Below, one piece after another: positions 13,611 through 28,527 of a stretch of DNA of 64,000 bases (positions within the stretch are counted from its first letter, which is position 1; each line of letters starts with the position of its first letter). The notes beneath the pieces are model-generated. The model was given only the letters and a program-made list of their open reading frames with translations. It had not been told where the DNA came from and did no database searches. Made by a program: the position numbers and the translations under genes. This stretch comes from Octopus sinensis (taxonomy: Eukaryota): assembly GCF_006345805.1 (NCBI RefSeq), contig NC_043011.1, forward strand, positions 61,702,464 through 61,766,463, written 5' to 3'.

Positions 13611-13739
13611 AGTTTGTATGTTTTGTTTTATGTATGCACTTTGATTTTTGTGTGTCTAGACATACTCATATATATACTTAATGATAAATTTCTGTAAAAT
13701 TTTAGAGATCCTTATCATTCCAATGGTGCCTTGGAACTG

Positions 13740-14345
13740 CAGACTGCGAATCAGTTTTCTCTTTTCTGGTTTTGATAGGCCTCATCTCTCATGATAAGTA
13801 TTTATGCAGTGTGTTACATATCCTAGTACCCCAGTAATTTAGGTTTAAACCCGAACTTGTAATCCTGGTAGAGTAGCTGTAGATTCCTCAATGGCTCAGC
13901 GTCCGTATTTTCTTTACGTTAACATCCGCTGGGCAGCTGATTTCCACAACTGTACACAATTTCACTTCTTATTTACATTTATTGAGGGCTTCACAAGGAC
14001 ATCCCACCAGTATTCCTTTTTATTATGAGTGGCTTCTACCATACTGTTGGTTTTTATTCCTTTGTCTTCGGGGTTATCCTTCTGACAGAACTCAACATAC
14101 AGTGTCCTAACTACAAGATCAATTCTCGTCGGCAGATGATACCGTGATGACATTTTCAGACAAATGCTTATGATGTTGGTGATATCTTCGGTGTTAACTT
14201 CACAAAGTCTGCCTCGGTTATTAGATTCTTCCGCTTTTTCTCTGTCTCTGTTCCTTTTGTGTCGCACTGCTTCAATTCTTACCAGTGCCGCGAATGTCTT
14301 ATCGATAATATCGGTACCAATGTTTATACAAACAAGTTAAATATA
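13740..14345 (-). mobile_element. Decayed R4/Dong-like LINE, C-terminal zinc-finger/RLE region
   Basis: ORF 13962-14267 reads RLCEVNTEDITNIISICLKMSSRYHLPTRID...KEYWWD, the degenerate zinc-knuckle and pre-RLE segment. Confidence 0.65.
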
Positions 14346-14633
14346 AATAGATTTGTGTCAGGCATATCTCTAGCTCTCACATTTGGTCAACAATCCACCT
14401 AAGCTTCTTCAAAATATATGTTTGCATGTAATCAGAAAGAGAGAGAGAGAGAGGTGGGTGACAAAGACAGACAAGAATTGCGCATGTGTTTGTTATTTAT
14501 ATGTCTGTACGTAAGTTTGTGTCTAGCTGTGATTATGTGTGTTCCTATATCGACAGATATAAGGACACGTATTTCTGTGTATTTCTGGTTGACCATGTGT
14601 CGACAAATGTGTGACACTATATAGAAAACAATG

Positions 14634-14694
<61 letters not shown>

Positions 14695-15337
14695 ATGTGT
14701 GTGTGCGTGCTTGTGTATGTCTATATATGTATATATGTATGTATGTGCATATATGTATATATATGTATATATATATATGTGTGTATGTTTGTATGTATAT
14801 AAACGAAAACAATAGATGCATTTTGGTTAACTGCAGCTGTTCAAGGCCTGCTTTAATTGATGAACAGAAGGGTTACATCGTGCAAAAAAAAAAGAAGAAA
14901 AAAGAACCTTTTCACCAGGTTAATTCAGGTGAGAATTAAATATTTAGTACCCCTCATGAACATAGTGCCATATATCTCTACCGATTCCATTAGAGAGTGA
15001 TCTTGGTATGTTCACTGTTGGAGTAACTGATTCTTTACTCTTGAATCCTGGGAATTCTTTATATATGGATATATATGCATGTATGTATGGCAGTATGTAT
15101 GTACGTACGTATATCAGTATATATGTATGTATGTATGATGGTGTAAATCATTCAGTGCCTTGTGAAAAGAGAATATAAATTTATTTTTCCATATGAGTTC
15201 CATAGAATTTCGTGACCTCCATAACGTAGTACTATTAATTTCCTTATGCAAAATTATGCATACAGGTTTCCATAAGTTAGTTTGCATTTTTTGCATCAGT
15301 TTGTGAATATACAATCGTACTATACAATCTTGAAGGC

Positions 15338-15530
15338 GATGGGCTGGCGGAAACGTTAGCACGCAGTATTTTGTCTGTCTTTACGTTCTGGGTTCAAATT
15401 CCGCCGAGGTCGGCTTTGCCTTTCATCCTTTCGGGGTCGATAAAATAAGTACCAGTTGCGTACTGGATTCGATATAATCGACTGGCCCCCTCCCCCAAAA
15501 CGGCCAGCCTAGAGTAGAAAAGCTTATATA
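15338..15530 (+). mobile_element. SINE (family alpha)
   Basis: Closely matches 1163-1330. Confidence 0.8.
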
Positions 15531-15853
15531 ATCTTCAACATACATATTGGTGTTTGAATTGTTTCAAATCACATTCATGACCATTGCTGCACTTTCATTC
15601 ACCTACGTTTTTAATCGGGATCATTACCCTACCTGGATTTACAGACATCGATAACTGCAAAAACATTCTTCCATAAATATTTTATACAATCATCACGAGG
15701 ACAATTCTTTAATAAAATTGGGACAAAAATACTCCAAAAGTCGGAAACTATTATAGTAACATTCCTAAATAATTTTATCTAAATTTTGATTGTTATTTTC
15801 GTTTCATTATAATATATGTTATTCTTTTTTTCTTTTTCATCTTTTTGTTTTAG

Positions 15854-15892
15854 TACTTGAACAACAGCCATGCTTTGGTACCAACATGTCAG
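15854..15892 (+). CDS. Candidate G3 micro-exon (phase 1: VLEQQPCFGTNMS; phase 0: YLNNSHALVPTCQ)
   Basis: Long polypyrimidine acceptor ctttttgttttag, donor CAG|gtaaga, 39 nt; frame unresolved; might be a SINE-derived chance site. Confidence 0.3.
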
Positions 15893-16339
15893 GTAAGAGA
15901 ATTGTAGCTAGAGAGGGACATACTTTAGAGTCTAGTAGTTATTTTATCGTTTAATATTTCTCGAACTGCAAAGTTTACACGATGCAAAGAGAAATCACTG
16001 GTAGTGATTTAGCCAATGTATCGTCAGTATAAAAGAGAAAGCTGAACACAGCTTGGAGCGACCTCTGCACTTCGACGGAAATTGAGAAACAATTGGCAGA
16101 CATCGTAAAAAAAAAGCATTTATTCTTTCTTTCCCTCATGACTGAACTTTCAGTCATCTATATTTGTTCTGCTCCTCACCAAACATATAAACTTGTACGT
16201 ATCATTCTTATTGTATTTGTGTAACATTGTCCTGTTTTTCCGTCCTTGTTTTCTTTGTATCGTCTATCTGGATGTTTTGTTGTCCCAATTTTTATTCGCC
16301 TACCTGTCCGGATGTTTTGCGTAATTGTCTCATTTTGTT

Positions 16340-16376
<37 letters not shown>

Positions 16377-17154
16377 TGTGAAACTAATTCAAATTTTTGT
16401 GAACATTTCAACGTTTGCTTAAACATGTTTTTCTGATTTTGTCCTTGTAACTTTAAACTCACATAAACCCTTTATTTATTTATTTATTTATTTTAATCAA
16501 TGATGTGCAAAAGATTGTCGAAACCGGTTTGGTATTTGCATGAATCTATTACAAAATTTAAAACGTCTTCACGCATTGAGATTCAGGTGCAGTTTGAAAC
16601 CCCCAAACAAATTCTCCTGTAAATATTCCTGCGTGATAATACACTTCTATCTAAATATGTGTTTCTGTTTATAAGCATGCGTATAAATATGTAAACTTAT
16701 TAATATGTAAATTTTCGACTCAGATCAAACATAAGATATTATTCCACAAACCCTTGTTAGCGTTTCCGCATAAACGGAGCCACAACCGATGAGTTTGTAA
16801 CGACATCGGTTTGAATCAACTGCAATAATGAAGTCAAACGAAGTAGTAATATTTTAAAATCACTTAATGTGTACTTTGCTAGTTTCTCCCCATAAAATAG
16901 GGAATGCATACATTACGTAGAAGTATATTCATGAAATGCTTCATATCGTAAAATGTTGTTACTGGGTAAGGTTTTGCGTAGTGGATGCATTTCCTAGGAT
17001 ATATTAAGCACATCTGAAACAAGGTATGTGTTAAATGTTTTCAAAATATCACTATTTTGTCCGACTTCATTATTACAACTATTTCTCGCTCTCACACTCT
17101 CTCTCTGTATATATATAAATGTGTATATATGTATATACATACATACATACATAC

Positions 17155-17185
<31 letters not shown>

Positions 17186-17207
17186 AATATATATATTTAT
17201 ATATATA

Positions 17208-17301
<94 letters not shown>

Positions 17302-17302
17302 G

Positions 17303-17399
<97 letters not shown>

Positions 17400-17482
17400 C
17401 ACACACACACTATATATATATATATATATGTGTGTGTGTGCGTGTGTCTGTATGTATATATGTATATCTATCTATCTATGTA

Positions 17483-17526
<44 letters not shown>

Positions 17527-17530
<4 letters not shown>

Positions 17531-18678
17531 GTCATCCCATAAATAGTGCGGTTTTTTCACTTGCATGAACTAAAAGTCAGAGGGGGATGGGATAAACTAC
17601 CTACATCGACTTGCTATAAATGCAGGTAGTAATTTTATCTTAACCTTATTCTTTTATTCGTGCAAGTTTAGAAGAGTGCAGTCCGATTTTACCAGTTATT
17701 TTTCAAAGCTATAATGGAAGTAACAAAGGAGCATATTCAGCATATTTTGCTTTATGAGTTCAATAAAGGCAACAATGCAATGGAAAGTGTGAGGAATATT
17801 GATGAAGTATATGGGGATCGGACAATAAGAATAAGCCAGTGTCAACGGTGGTTCCAGAAATACCGGAACGGAAACTATAGCCTAGAAGACGAGCCATGTC
17901 CTGGAAGATCTATAGGTCTCGACGAGGACGTTCTGCAAACTCTGGTGGAACAAATTCCCATCGTAACTGTTCAAGAACTAGCCGAGAAATTTGGATTTGA
18001 TCATTCAGCCAATAATTAACGCCTACGTACCATTGGAAGTCAGCAAATTGGATCCTCACAAACTTTCTGAGTCTAATCACGCGCAGAGAGTGAGTGTGTG
18101 CACTTCCTTGTTGTCACGTTTCACGAATGAACCTCTTTTGGATCGAATAGTGACTGGTGGCGAGAAATTGGTTCTCTATGAACATGTCGAGTGCCACCAA
18201 CAGTGATTAGGGAAGGAAAAACACCGGTACCCAAGGCTAAAAAAATCTTCACGGTACCCAAGGCTAAAAAAGATCTTCAAGGTGTTGTTATCTGTTTGGT
18301 AGGATATGAAAAGTTTAGTTCCCGTGAGTGGCTTAAGTCTTGCTAGAAGAAAAACGACCATCTTTGGTTTCAAGACGGAAGGTATTGTTCCATTAGAATA
18401 ATGCTCGGCCACATACAGCAAGGGTGACATTCAAAAGGCTGGAGCAGTTTGAATGGGAAATGACGTCTCACTCACCATAGTAACCGGATATTGCGCCATC
18501 TGATTATCATTTATTCCATAGTCTTTAAGATAATTTGGACCGATGGAATATGAATTCTGAAGACGAGGTCAGAACAGTGCTGGGAGAATATTTCTTGTCA
18601 CGGATAAGTGAGTTTCGGAAGAGGGGCCTTGCAAGTCTATCAGATAGATAGAAGAGCAATGTAGAAAATTAAGGAGAG
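17527..18678 (+). mobile_element. Mariner DNA transposon, decayed, 3' TIR missing
   Basis: TA then ttaggtcatcccataaa 5' end; ORF 17714-18019 with QCQRWFQKYRNGNYSLEDEP; downstream IVTGGEK, NARPH and SPDIAPSDYHLF motifs; frameshifts and an internal ~28-bp tandem duplication at 18225-18280. Confidence 0.9.
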
Positions 18679-18942
18679 TATATATATATATATATATGCA
18701 TTCGTACTTTCATGCGGACATAAGGTGTTCCGATATATGTGTGTTCCAGTATGCGTGTGTGTGCCCTGCCCACGTCTGTATGTGTATATGCGTAACTGTC
18801 TGTGCGTATGTGTGTGTTTGTATTTAATTACGTTCGAGTGTGTGTATTTACTATGAAGTATATGTATTTTCCACAAAATATATCAGTCGTAAGTTCCCCT
18901 ATGTATATGCTAAAATAGTTTGTATAGTGAAATTTTCTGTAG

Positions 18943-18969
18943 ATAAGTTTCGTGCACCTCGGAGTGCAG
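18943..18969 (+). CDS. Candidate G3 micro-exon (phase 1: DKFRAPRSA; phase 0: ISFVHLGVQ)
   Basis: Acceptor aattttctgtag, consensus donor CAG|gtgagt, 27 nt symmetric. Confidence 0.35.
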
Positions 18970-19841
18970 GTGAGTAAAGGTTTCTGTTTTCCATTGTTCA
19001 GATATATTTTACGCTATAAAATTATGAGATATGAAAATGTAAAAACGGTGATAAAAAAAAAGCTTATCCATAAAATATATTTTCGATATCTTGTAACCTT
19101 TGTTCCGAGGAAGAATTATGCATTTTGATGAACAGAAATAAACTTGTGAAAAGGCATTCCCAAATGGTTATTACAGGCAAAAATTCACATTTTCGCAGTT
19201 TGGTAAAAGCAACTAATATCTAAAAACTCTATCGATGCAATCAACTTATTTTATCCTTAAATTATACTTTTTACATTGTGCTTATAGCTCTTTTAAAAAT
19301 AGTGAAATGAAGATTTTAGGTGTAATTATACAAATGTGTCCATCTGTTCTAATTCAATTAAATTCAATGTCTTTGTGCAGCTGAGGATTGCTCTGCATTT
19401 TAAATTGATGTAATGATTGCATGTTCAATTAAATGGAGTTGCATGAAACGATCTACTGCATTACCTCTGGATATCCTTGTTGCTTATTTTGATTTTATAT
19501 ATATATATATATATATATTGCATATTTTTATTCTGCTATATTTTAGAGGAAGAAATCTATCCAGAGCCCGAAGGTAGAGGTTAGTGTCTCTTGCTTACAA
19601 TAAAGATATTTTTTTTTATTTATTTTATGTATTGCATCAATGATTTTTTTATCTTTAATTATATATACATATATATATATGTGTTGGTTGTGTGTGTATG
19701 CATATATATATATGTATATTTGTGTGTATATATATACGTATATATTCATATATATTTGCACACTTACATGTATGTATGTTTAGTAATTTTTCATACAATT
19801 AATCTTACTAGCCTACCTTGCATATTGTACAATATATATTG

Positions 19842-19901
<60 letters not shown>

Positions 19902-20899
19902 ATATGTATGTATATGTATATGTATGTACATATGTATTTATAAATTTGTATTGTGCGTATGTGTGTATGGATGTATGAACGTTTGTGTATGCATATGTAT
20001 CTATTATACATAGCAGCTTCGATATTCTTGTTTTGCTAGTTTTATAACTATGCATCTACCGAGTTTCCCTCCATGAAATTCCTTCCCAATGCACCCTTCG
20101 ACCTGGGTCTATAATAGAAGACATTTACCCAGAGTACCTCGCAATAGAACTGATCTCGAAACCACGCGTTGGTAAGTGAGCTTTTTAACCACGCACGCAT
20201 GCCAGCCCCTGTCACATTATTTTTTAAAACCTTCCTCGTGATAATTGATTTAAACTTTCGAAGAAGGCCAGTAATTTTGAGACGAAGGATGTAGTTTATA
20301 ACAGTCGTTATTTATTTTATCGACGCTAAAATTGATGAAAAGCAAGTCGACTGCGGCGGCATCTGAGATCAGAAAGTAAAGGATCGAAAGAAATGCTGCT
20401 AAGAAGCGCTGAAGTCCTGCCAGCTTGCATCTTTTATGAATGATGTCAACCGTTAATTGTATAGCGACAATAACGTTGAAAATTTAACACCATATAGGAT
20501 GATTTTCGCATTTATTTTAGAATAAAATTTCCTAATTATTAATAAATAAACAAAATTTTTAATCATTAAATCATTCCAAACATTTTTGTGAGATATTTGA
20601 CCTATAAAATGGTCGTTTTTCACTGAGGATTGCAATGTATAAAAGTTTTACTTAAAACAGTAAGAGTCAAAACACAGTCAGTCATCTAGGACCGCCCACT
20701 GTTAGACTAATAACTCAAGGAAAACCTGCGTTTTATTAGTGCAAAATGTGTTGCTGCAACATAGTCCTGTCCAAAATTAAGAGTTCGCATTTCAGATTTG
20801 TCAGTAATTTTTTACTCTTCCTATTAATATTTATGTCTTTCCCTAAACATGTTTGTACCCGAGGATGTTTTCATGTATCTATTCAGGTTGAGTGCATTA

Positions 20900-21290
20900 T
20901 TTAGCGATTGTCACGCCGAGCGAAATTCTTAGCGGTATATCGTCTGCCGCTACGTTCTGAGTTCAAATTCCGCCGAGGTAGACTTTGCCTTTCATCCTTT
21001 CGGGGTCGATTAAATAAGTACCAGTTACGCACTGGGGTCGATATAATCGACTTAATCCGTTTGTCCGTCCTTGATTGTCCTCTCTGTGTTTAACCCCTTG
21101 TGGGTAGTAAAGAAATAGGTATTTCGTCTGTCTTTACGTTCTTTCTGAGTTCAATTCCGCTGAGGTCGACTTTGCCTTTCATCCTTTCGGGGTTGATAAA
21201 TTAAGTCCCAGTTGAGGACTGGGGTCGATCTAATCGACTGGCCCCCTCCCCCAAACTTTCGGGCCTTCTGCCTAGAGTAGAAAAGATTTT
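20900..21290 (+). mobile_element. Two tandem SINE copies (family alpha)
   Basis: Repeated gagttcaa.ttccgc.gaggt.gactttgcctttcatcctttcgggg at ~20960 and ~21150. Confidence 0.8.
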
Positions 21291-21319
21291 TATTATTATT
21301 ATTATCTCTTTATCACAGA

Positions 21320-22137
21320 TTTTGTTGGAGCTTCTGTAGTCTTGCATGCGTAGAGGGCTTACTACCCGCAGCCTACGGCACAAAGCTATTCGTTCTTTTC
21401 AGTGATCTAGTACTTTACTGATTCTTCTGGTAATGCCAGCAAGGCAAAAACTTCTGTTACAGATCCTCTGGGCACTCTATTCCAATTCCCTTTATATTCC
21501 TCTTGATTCCTTCTCCTACTTTTCCCAAGGTCCCAACAATAATTGGCACTATCTTCACTGTCTTCATTTTCCATAGCCGGGTTATTTCGTATTTACGAGA
21601 GTTGTATTTATCTATCTTTTCGCCTTCTTCTTTGATTATTCATGGGTCAAAGGGACATGCAACGACAATTATATAGCATATGTGGTGTACCTTGTCCACC
21701 ACTACTAGGTCTGGTCTGTTATGCTTTGGCAGCTGATCTGTTTGGATTGGGAAATCCCAGAGGATTTTGCTAGTCTCCGACTCTAATACTCCCTGCGATT
21801 TTTGCTCATACAATGTCTTGCCTCTCTCTAGCCCCCACTTTTTGCACAGTTTCCACTGTAGCACTTTCGCTTCCTGATCGTGTCGCCACAACTTGTAGTG
21901 GTTTTGGGCAAGTCTAGGGCACTCGGTGATGATATTGGTAATGGTTTCATCCTCCACTCTATTACAGATGCCGTACAGCGGAGACACTTGCTCATTCCTC
22001 ACGTTGACCCTCCAGTTCCTGGCCAACGCTCGGTCCTGCGCTGCCAGTATAGTGCTCTCGGTCTCCTCTTTTTAGGATTCTCTTCATCAAGTAATCCCAC
22101 CTACTTTTTCCAGCAACCTCTTTTGTGGCTACATGGA

Positions 22138-22138
<1 letters not shown>
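21320..22138 (-). mobile_element. R4/Dong-like LINE 3' fragment
   Basis: ORF 21640-22026: ICNRVEDETITNIITECPRLAQNHYKLWRHD...KILWDFPIQTD...RPDLVVVDK...VACPFD (zinc knuckle plus PD-D/ExK RLE). Confidence 0.85.
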
Positions 22139-22191
<53 letters not shown>

Positions 22192-22193
<2 letters not shown>

Positions 22194-23062
22194 TCAAATT
22201 TTCTTCCGTTTCTCGCCGAGTGGTTTCCATACACCTAGGGCAGAGAAGGGCATTGTATGCATTCCCAGATTACACACGCAAATTCACAGATAAAATATGT
22301 ATTTAAAAATTAATAAATAAATAAATTTATGGATGGATGTTGTTTTCACAGCGATAGTGCTCTTCTCAGTACATGAGCCGTTCCAGTTAACACGATTTTT
22401 TGCACTTCCTGTAAGGATAGTAAGCCTGGTATCATTTTCAAATAGGTTTCAGTACCTTTTTTTTTATCATTCCTAGAGCTCCTACAATAACTTGGTACTA
22501 TAGACGCCTTGAGATGCCACATTTTTTCAATTTCTATTAGCAAGTCTTTATATTTACTGATCTTGCCAAATTTTTTCGCCGCTATATTGTGATCACAGGG
22601 AATACTCATGTCGATTAATAAACACATCCTTTTTGTCTGATCTTTTATAATAATATCCGGTTTATTAGCTTTTATAGTTTTGTTGGTATGTACGGGAAAG
22701 TCCCATAGAATCGACACATTTCCTCCCTCAGTCACAGCTTCAAGATGATGTTTATACCATTTGTCAGCGGTTTTGATTTTATAATGCCGACATATTGTCC
22801 AATGTAAATACTGGCCGACTCTGTCATGTCTTGCTTTATATTCTGCAGGGGCTAAGACTCTACACCTGAGATTAGGTGGTTTATTGTTTCAATCTCATCG
22901 TTACAGAATCGGCATTTTGGGTCAGCTCCATTTTACATCACATTGGCTTGGTAGTTCCGAGTTAATAAGCTTTGGTCTTGAGCAGCTAATATGAAACCTT
23001 CACTCTCTGCTTTTAGCCCTGAGCTACGTAACCATTGGTGCGTGTGTTTCTGGTCGACATTA
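22192..23062 (-). mobile_element. R4/Dong-like LINE 3' fragment with 3' UTR
   Basis: ORF 22346-22735 ILWDFPVHTNKTIKANKPDII...IDMSIPCDHNI; same subfamily as 51310-54950; flanked by (ATT)n and (TTA)n. Confidence 0.9.
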
Positions 23063-23064
23063 GC

Positions 23065-23131
<67 letters not shown>

Positions 23132-23611
23132 CATTATTATTATTATTGTTGTTGTTGTTGTTGTTGCTGCTGCTGCTGTTGTTGTTGTTGTTGTTATTAT
23201 TATTATTATTATTATTGAGTGCATGCCATCAAAGCGACATGGTGATCTCATATCAAGATAAACAGCGCATGAAGTAGCAGGGGTAGTAGCCCATCCTGCT
23301 CAAAAGATTCCTGAATTAGAGTTGTTTAAGTATGTTGAATGAAACACCTATGTTTCCAGGGATTAATTATTCAAACCTCAAAGAATTCCTCTCAGTACAT
23401 GACTTCGATGCTCCCCCACTACTTCTGCTCGTGATCAGAGATGCACACACCGTCAGCCACTAAGGGACATGTTCAACTGGTTACGGTCAAACAAATGACA
23501 AGCAAATCTGTGATATTGAGCAGAATATTTGCTGCCTTATTATTATTGTTTTTGTTGTTGTTGTAGTCGTCGTCGTCGGTAGCAGCAGCATCGTTGGCAT
23601 CATCGTCGTCG

Positions 23612-23645
<34 letters not shown>

Positions 23646-24486
23646 TATCATCATTATTTAATAATTCTATTTCTTCGGTCACAAATTGCTATCATAACTA
23701 ACGAACCCTACTGATAATTTCGCCCAAGGAAACCATAAGTTTTCATAAAATGTTATACGCACATTATTCGAAAATACTTTTAAGGAAACTCTTTGCGGAA
23801 ATCTTGTAAATTGTCGCACTTCATGGACAAAACCATTTTAATAAAATTATTATTTACAGAATTATTCAATTCCTTCTTACATTCTTCATTAAAATTATCT
23901 TTTCTTTCTGGTTTATTATTCAAATTACTTTTCTATTAGTTGTAGCTATTGGAATACTGCCTTTATGGCATGGCATGTGGAAAGGTAAGTTACTCATAGT
24001 GATCCAAGTACGTATCTTAGATTTTAGAATTTATTTATCCAACCAAAAATTTACATGACTTAAATAAGAAAAACATTAATGTTACAATGTATTTCCTATC
24101 ATCGCCATTAAATGACGGAATTGACACAGAAATACCTCACAAAGTTTAAAGACTTAGCGTTGTTGGTGCTTCCCCATTGTGAGCTAATTAATTCTTTGTG
24201 GCTCCGTAGCTGCCATAATCTCTTGACAAACTAATCTCGCTAAGGTCACTACAAAGTTTAAGGTTTAAAATAACATATTATATTACGTGGTATATAACAC
24301 ATTTTATATATTCTATTGCATAGTGTAAAGTTTTATATAGTGAATCAACGTTCAGGCGTCGTATTCTAACCGTTATTTGCATTCTAAACATTGAAACAGC
24401 TGTAGAGCAGAATTTAAGACTTTATGTAACTTTTACTTTTTTATCATAATGCATGTATTCATGAATGTACACACACACACACACAT

Positions 24487-24519
<33 letters not shown>

Positions 24520-24975
24520 TGTTATATTTTAGACCAAACAGCAAAAGGTTGTCATTATAATACTCGGAGTATCGAATATCGGAGCGTAGAGCTACGACAC
24601 ATTCCCGTTGTATATCAATGGCAACAGACGCTATGAAAAACCGTTAAATAAAAGCGAAGTAAACCACCTGCGCCCACGTCTACATAATATACACACTCAC
24701 ACAAACATGCATGTATGTATTCATATATAAAAACATATCCACACACACACATATATATGTGTATATATATATGTATATATGTAGGCAACCTCATCCTCAT
24801 ATACATATAGTTGCTTACATCCATACACGTAACATAATACGTATATATTTAGACACTTTTACGTATAAATATACGTATGGTATATATATATATATATATA
24901 TATATACACGTATATATATAGAGAGAGAGAGATAGATAGATAGATATAGATAGATCTACATATAGATAGATAGAT

Positions 24976-25018
<43 letters not shown>

Positions 25019-26389
25019 TACATGTATATATATATATATATATATAGAAAGAGAGAGAGCATAAATCATATATTATTTTTGTACAGTGTGTATCCCTCTA
25101 TGTTTGTTTATATTTATGTACAATGCTTGTTTTATATTGTTACATTTTATATTGTCAGATCACCAGGCACATCAAGCTGGGACTAAAGGTTAGTCAAGTT
25201 CGTCGCTGTTCATCATAAACAGGATACACCATTCGCTACATAATTTATTGAATATCTGGATATGATATAGTTTCATTTATTTTGCTAATTACTTTTATTG
25301 TATTTTGTTGCGTTTGGTTACTTATTTTCGTTCCCTCACTGACCAATAGTAGACAGATTTTTCTACTTCATGAAAGTGTCTTGTGATTGAGGTGTGACTT
25401 AAATTTAACGATTTCGTTAAGTCTCATGCAGTACGTTTTGAATGATCGTTGACAACAGTGTTCATGAGATATTGATAGAAGTTGGTTGTCCCGATCGAGG
25501 CGGATCAGCGACATTTCCCAAGCAAGACTAGCCAAACCATCGCTATGATGTTTGAACATTTAAAGCTTCATTTCTGTAGACAGAACGAATATACGAATAT
25601 TTTTTATGCTTTTATTGCTGAAGAACCCCTTTTCAATTGATACAGTATGCAGTAATTGATATGGGTCTGATCAAAACTCATCTTATTAAGAGGGTAAAAT
25701 CGCCACAAATTTAACTACAAGGTTATAAAGGAATCTGCAATAAAAGTGAACATTTGAAAGTAAAAATTAATGGTTATTTTACTGTAAGTGTTGAAAATGT
25801 TCTCTCAAACTAATCAAAAATTTCGATAGGACTTCTTTTCCAGCTTAATATTTGGTTATAAACAATTTTATTGGAAAATAAATTCCTAATACTTAACTCT
25901 TCTTTCCTACGACATATCATAAATGCAGAAACTTACATAAGGCAGTGAGTTGGGAGAATTGTTACCGTAGCGGAGGAAATGCTTTGCGCCATTTATTCCG
26001 ACTTTGCATTCTAAGTTCAAATGCCGCTGAGTTCGGCTTTGTTTTGATCCTTTCGAGTTTGATAAAATAACTACCAGTCGATATACCCGATGTTCACCCT
26101 TCTCCGACATTGCTACTCATGTGCCAAAAATTGAAACCAATGTAGAAACTGACAATACCCGGTTCTCCCACTTTCTCCATTTTCATAACATTCTGTACAT
26201 ACTTATTGCTTCTGAAATCATTCTTACGTTACTTTTTTGGCCTAATTTAAATCATTGAACGATTAGTGTTTGAGTAATTGTATGTGTGTATGCTTGAGAG
26301 GTTAGCTGTTGAACATTACTAATTTCAGCATTTGTTTTATATATATATATATGTGTGTGTGTGTGTATGTATATGTATGTATATGTATG

Positions 26390-26434
<45 letters not shown>

Positions 26435-26728
26435 TTTTCCTTGTGTAGTTGTCTTGTACTCTGTTTTTTCGTTGTTAAAGGAATGGTCCGTTCCATGCTG
26501 TTTTTACGTTTTCCTTTCTCGTTGAGTTCTACGTCTATTTGTGGTGTCCTGTACACACGTATATATATTTATATATGCATGTATATATACATGTAGATGT
26601 AGGTACGTACATATATGTTTGTATGTATGCATATATTTTATTTATTACACTATTGTATGACTGAGCGCCTTCGTGTCGATTCGATTCGTTTGGTTTCGTT
26701 TCGTTTCTTCTTCTTCTCTAAGCTGGTT

Positions 26729-26769
<41 letters not shown>

Positions 26770-26777
26770 GTACATAT

Positions 26778-26848
<71 letters not shown>

Positions 26849-27368
26849 CATATGTATATATATATATGTATATACACATATGTATATATATATATATATA
26901 TATGTATGTATATATATATGTATATATATATATATGTATTTATATATATATGTATATATGTATATGTATATGTATGTGCGTGTGTGTATGTGTGTGTGTG
27001 TGTGTGTGTGCCTGTGTGTGCGTATTTGAAGGCTCAACGAATAAACGAAACAATGCAGTGCTTCTCTCAAGTACAAAAGAAGAATGTAAGACATACGCTC
27101 CCGTTTGAAAATTTTCCATAGAATAGTGTCCTGCTGAAAATACGGTTTTAGCTAGGAGTTAAATGCTTTACTCTATTTCTTTAATATGCTAACATTCTGA
27201 AAATTTGCAGGTCTTTATGGCATGTATTATTGCTCGAGCGACAAGTATTGTCCAGAAGCCTGGAAAAAATATCCTCCACCTAATAACAGAAAAAATTTTT
27301 GCAAGTATATACCCTATTATTGTTATTATTATTATTATGATTATTATTATCATGATTATTATTATTAA

Positions 27369-27444
<76 letters not shown>

Positions 27445-27679
27445 ATTATTATCATTATTATCATTATTATTATTATAAAAGCGGCAAGCTGATAGAATCG
27501 TTAGCACGCCAGGCGAAATGCTTAACGGTATTTCGTCTGCCTTTACGATCTGAGTTCAATTTCCGCCGGGGTCGGCTTTGCCTTTCATCCTTTCGAAGTC
27601 TATAAAATACTGGGGTCGATGTAATCGACTGCACCATCCTAAAATCTCAAGCGTTGCGCCTTTGTAGAAAGGGTTGATA

Positions 27680-27758
<79 letters not shown>

Positions 27759-28197
27759 GTTATTGATGCTGTTGTTATTGTTATTATTGTTGTTGTGTTC
27801 GTGGTGGTGGTGGTGGTGATGGTCATGGTGATGCTGTTGTTACCACAAGTAATAGCCATGTATTTTTTAATTAATATAGCTGGAATTAAAATAAAGAGAT
27901 GGGCATGCAGTTGCGTAACGTTTCTGTACACTAGAATAGCTCCAAATTTGCGACAGCTGTCCATTACTGATGAGGCAACAATTACACTGAAACATCGGTG
28001 TCGAGTAGTCCACTTATGTCCCTTGGCTCAAATGTATTCTTTGCACAGAATGTCTATGAAGACATTGCTTTCTCTGATATGATAAACCATAGCGGGGAGC
28101 TATTCCCATGCTTGATTTCAAAGAAAGGAGGTAATAATGAATGCATACATCAATAACTTAATATCAATAAACAACCATAGCATTTAATATTACTTAC

Positions 28198-28252
28198 TTC
28201 CCTGTCTTAAATTTGTAAACATCACGAAGTAACGGGCTGGAGTGTAGAGAAA
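28198..28252 (-). CDS. Weak exon candidate, possibly G2 (phase 1: SLHSSPLLRDVYKFKTG)
   Basis: Acceptor aatgtttcag, donor gtaagt; two frames open. Confidence 0.25.
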
Positions 28253-28292
28253 CTGAAACATTCTAATATTTAAACTGTAATCATATCATATA

Positions 28293-28527
28293 TAGGGTGT
28301 TCAAAAAGTCTCTCCACAGTGTTTTTGTTTCATCCTGTGCATCTCCATGTCGCTACTTCAAGTGCTTTTCGGTGAACAGATTATTTCGAGGGGACTCTGG
28401 CCACCAAAATCACCTGATTTAACACCACCAGACATTTTTTTCTGAGGAGCAAGTAAAGGATCAGTGTACAAGAATCGCCCGAAAAACTAATAAATACTTA
28501 CTGCAGATATGCTTTTTGAACACGCTG
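28293..28527 (+). mobile_element. Internally deleted Tc1/mariner-superfamily element
   Basis: TIRs tagggtgttcaaaaag / ctttttgaacacgctg flanked by TA; internal LWPPKSPDLTPPDIFF*G motif at ~28396-28449. Confidence 0.75.

Noticed and set aside
23940-23984. Plus-strand exon-like segment with donor AAG|gtaagt
   Set aside because: Two frames are open, there is no phase link I can defend, and it may be repeat-derived.
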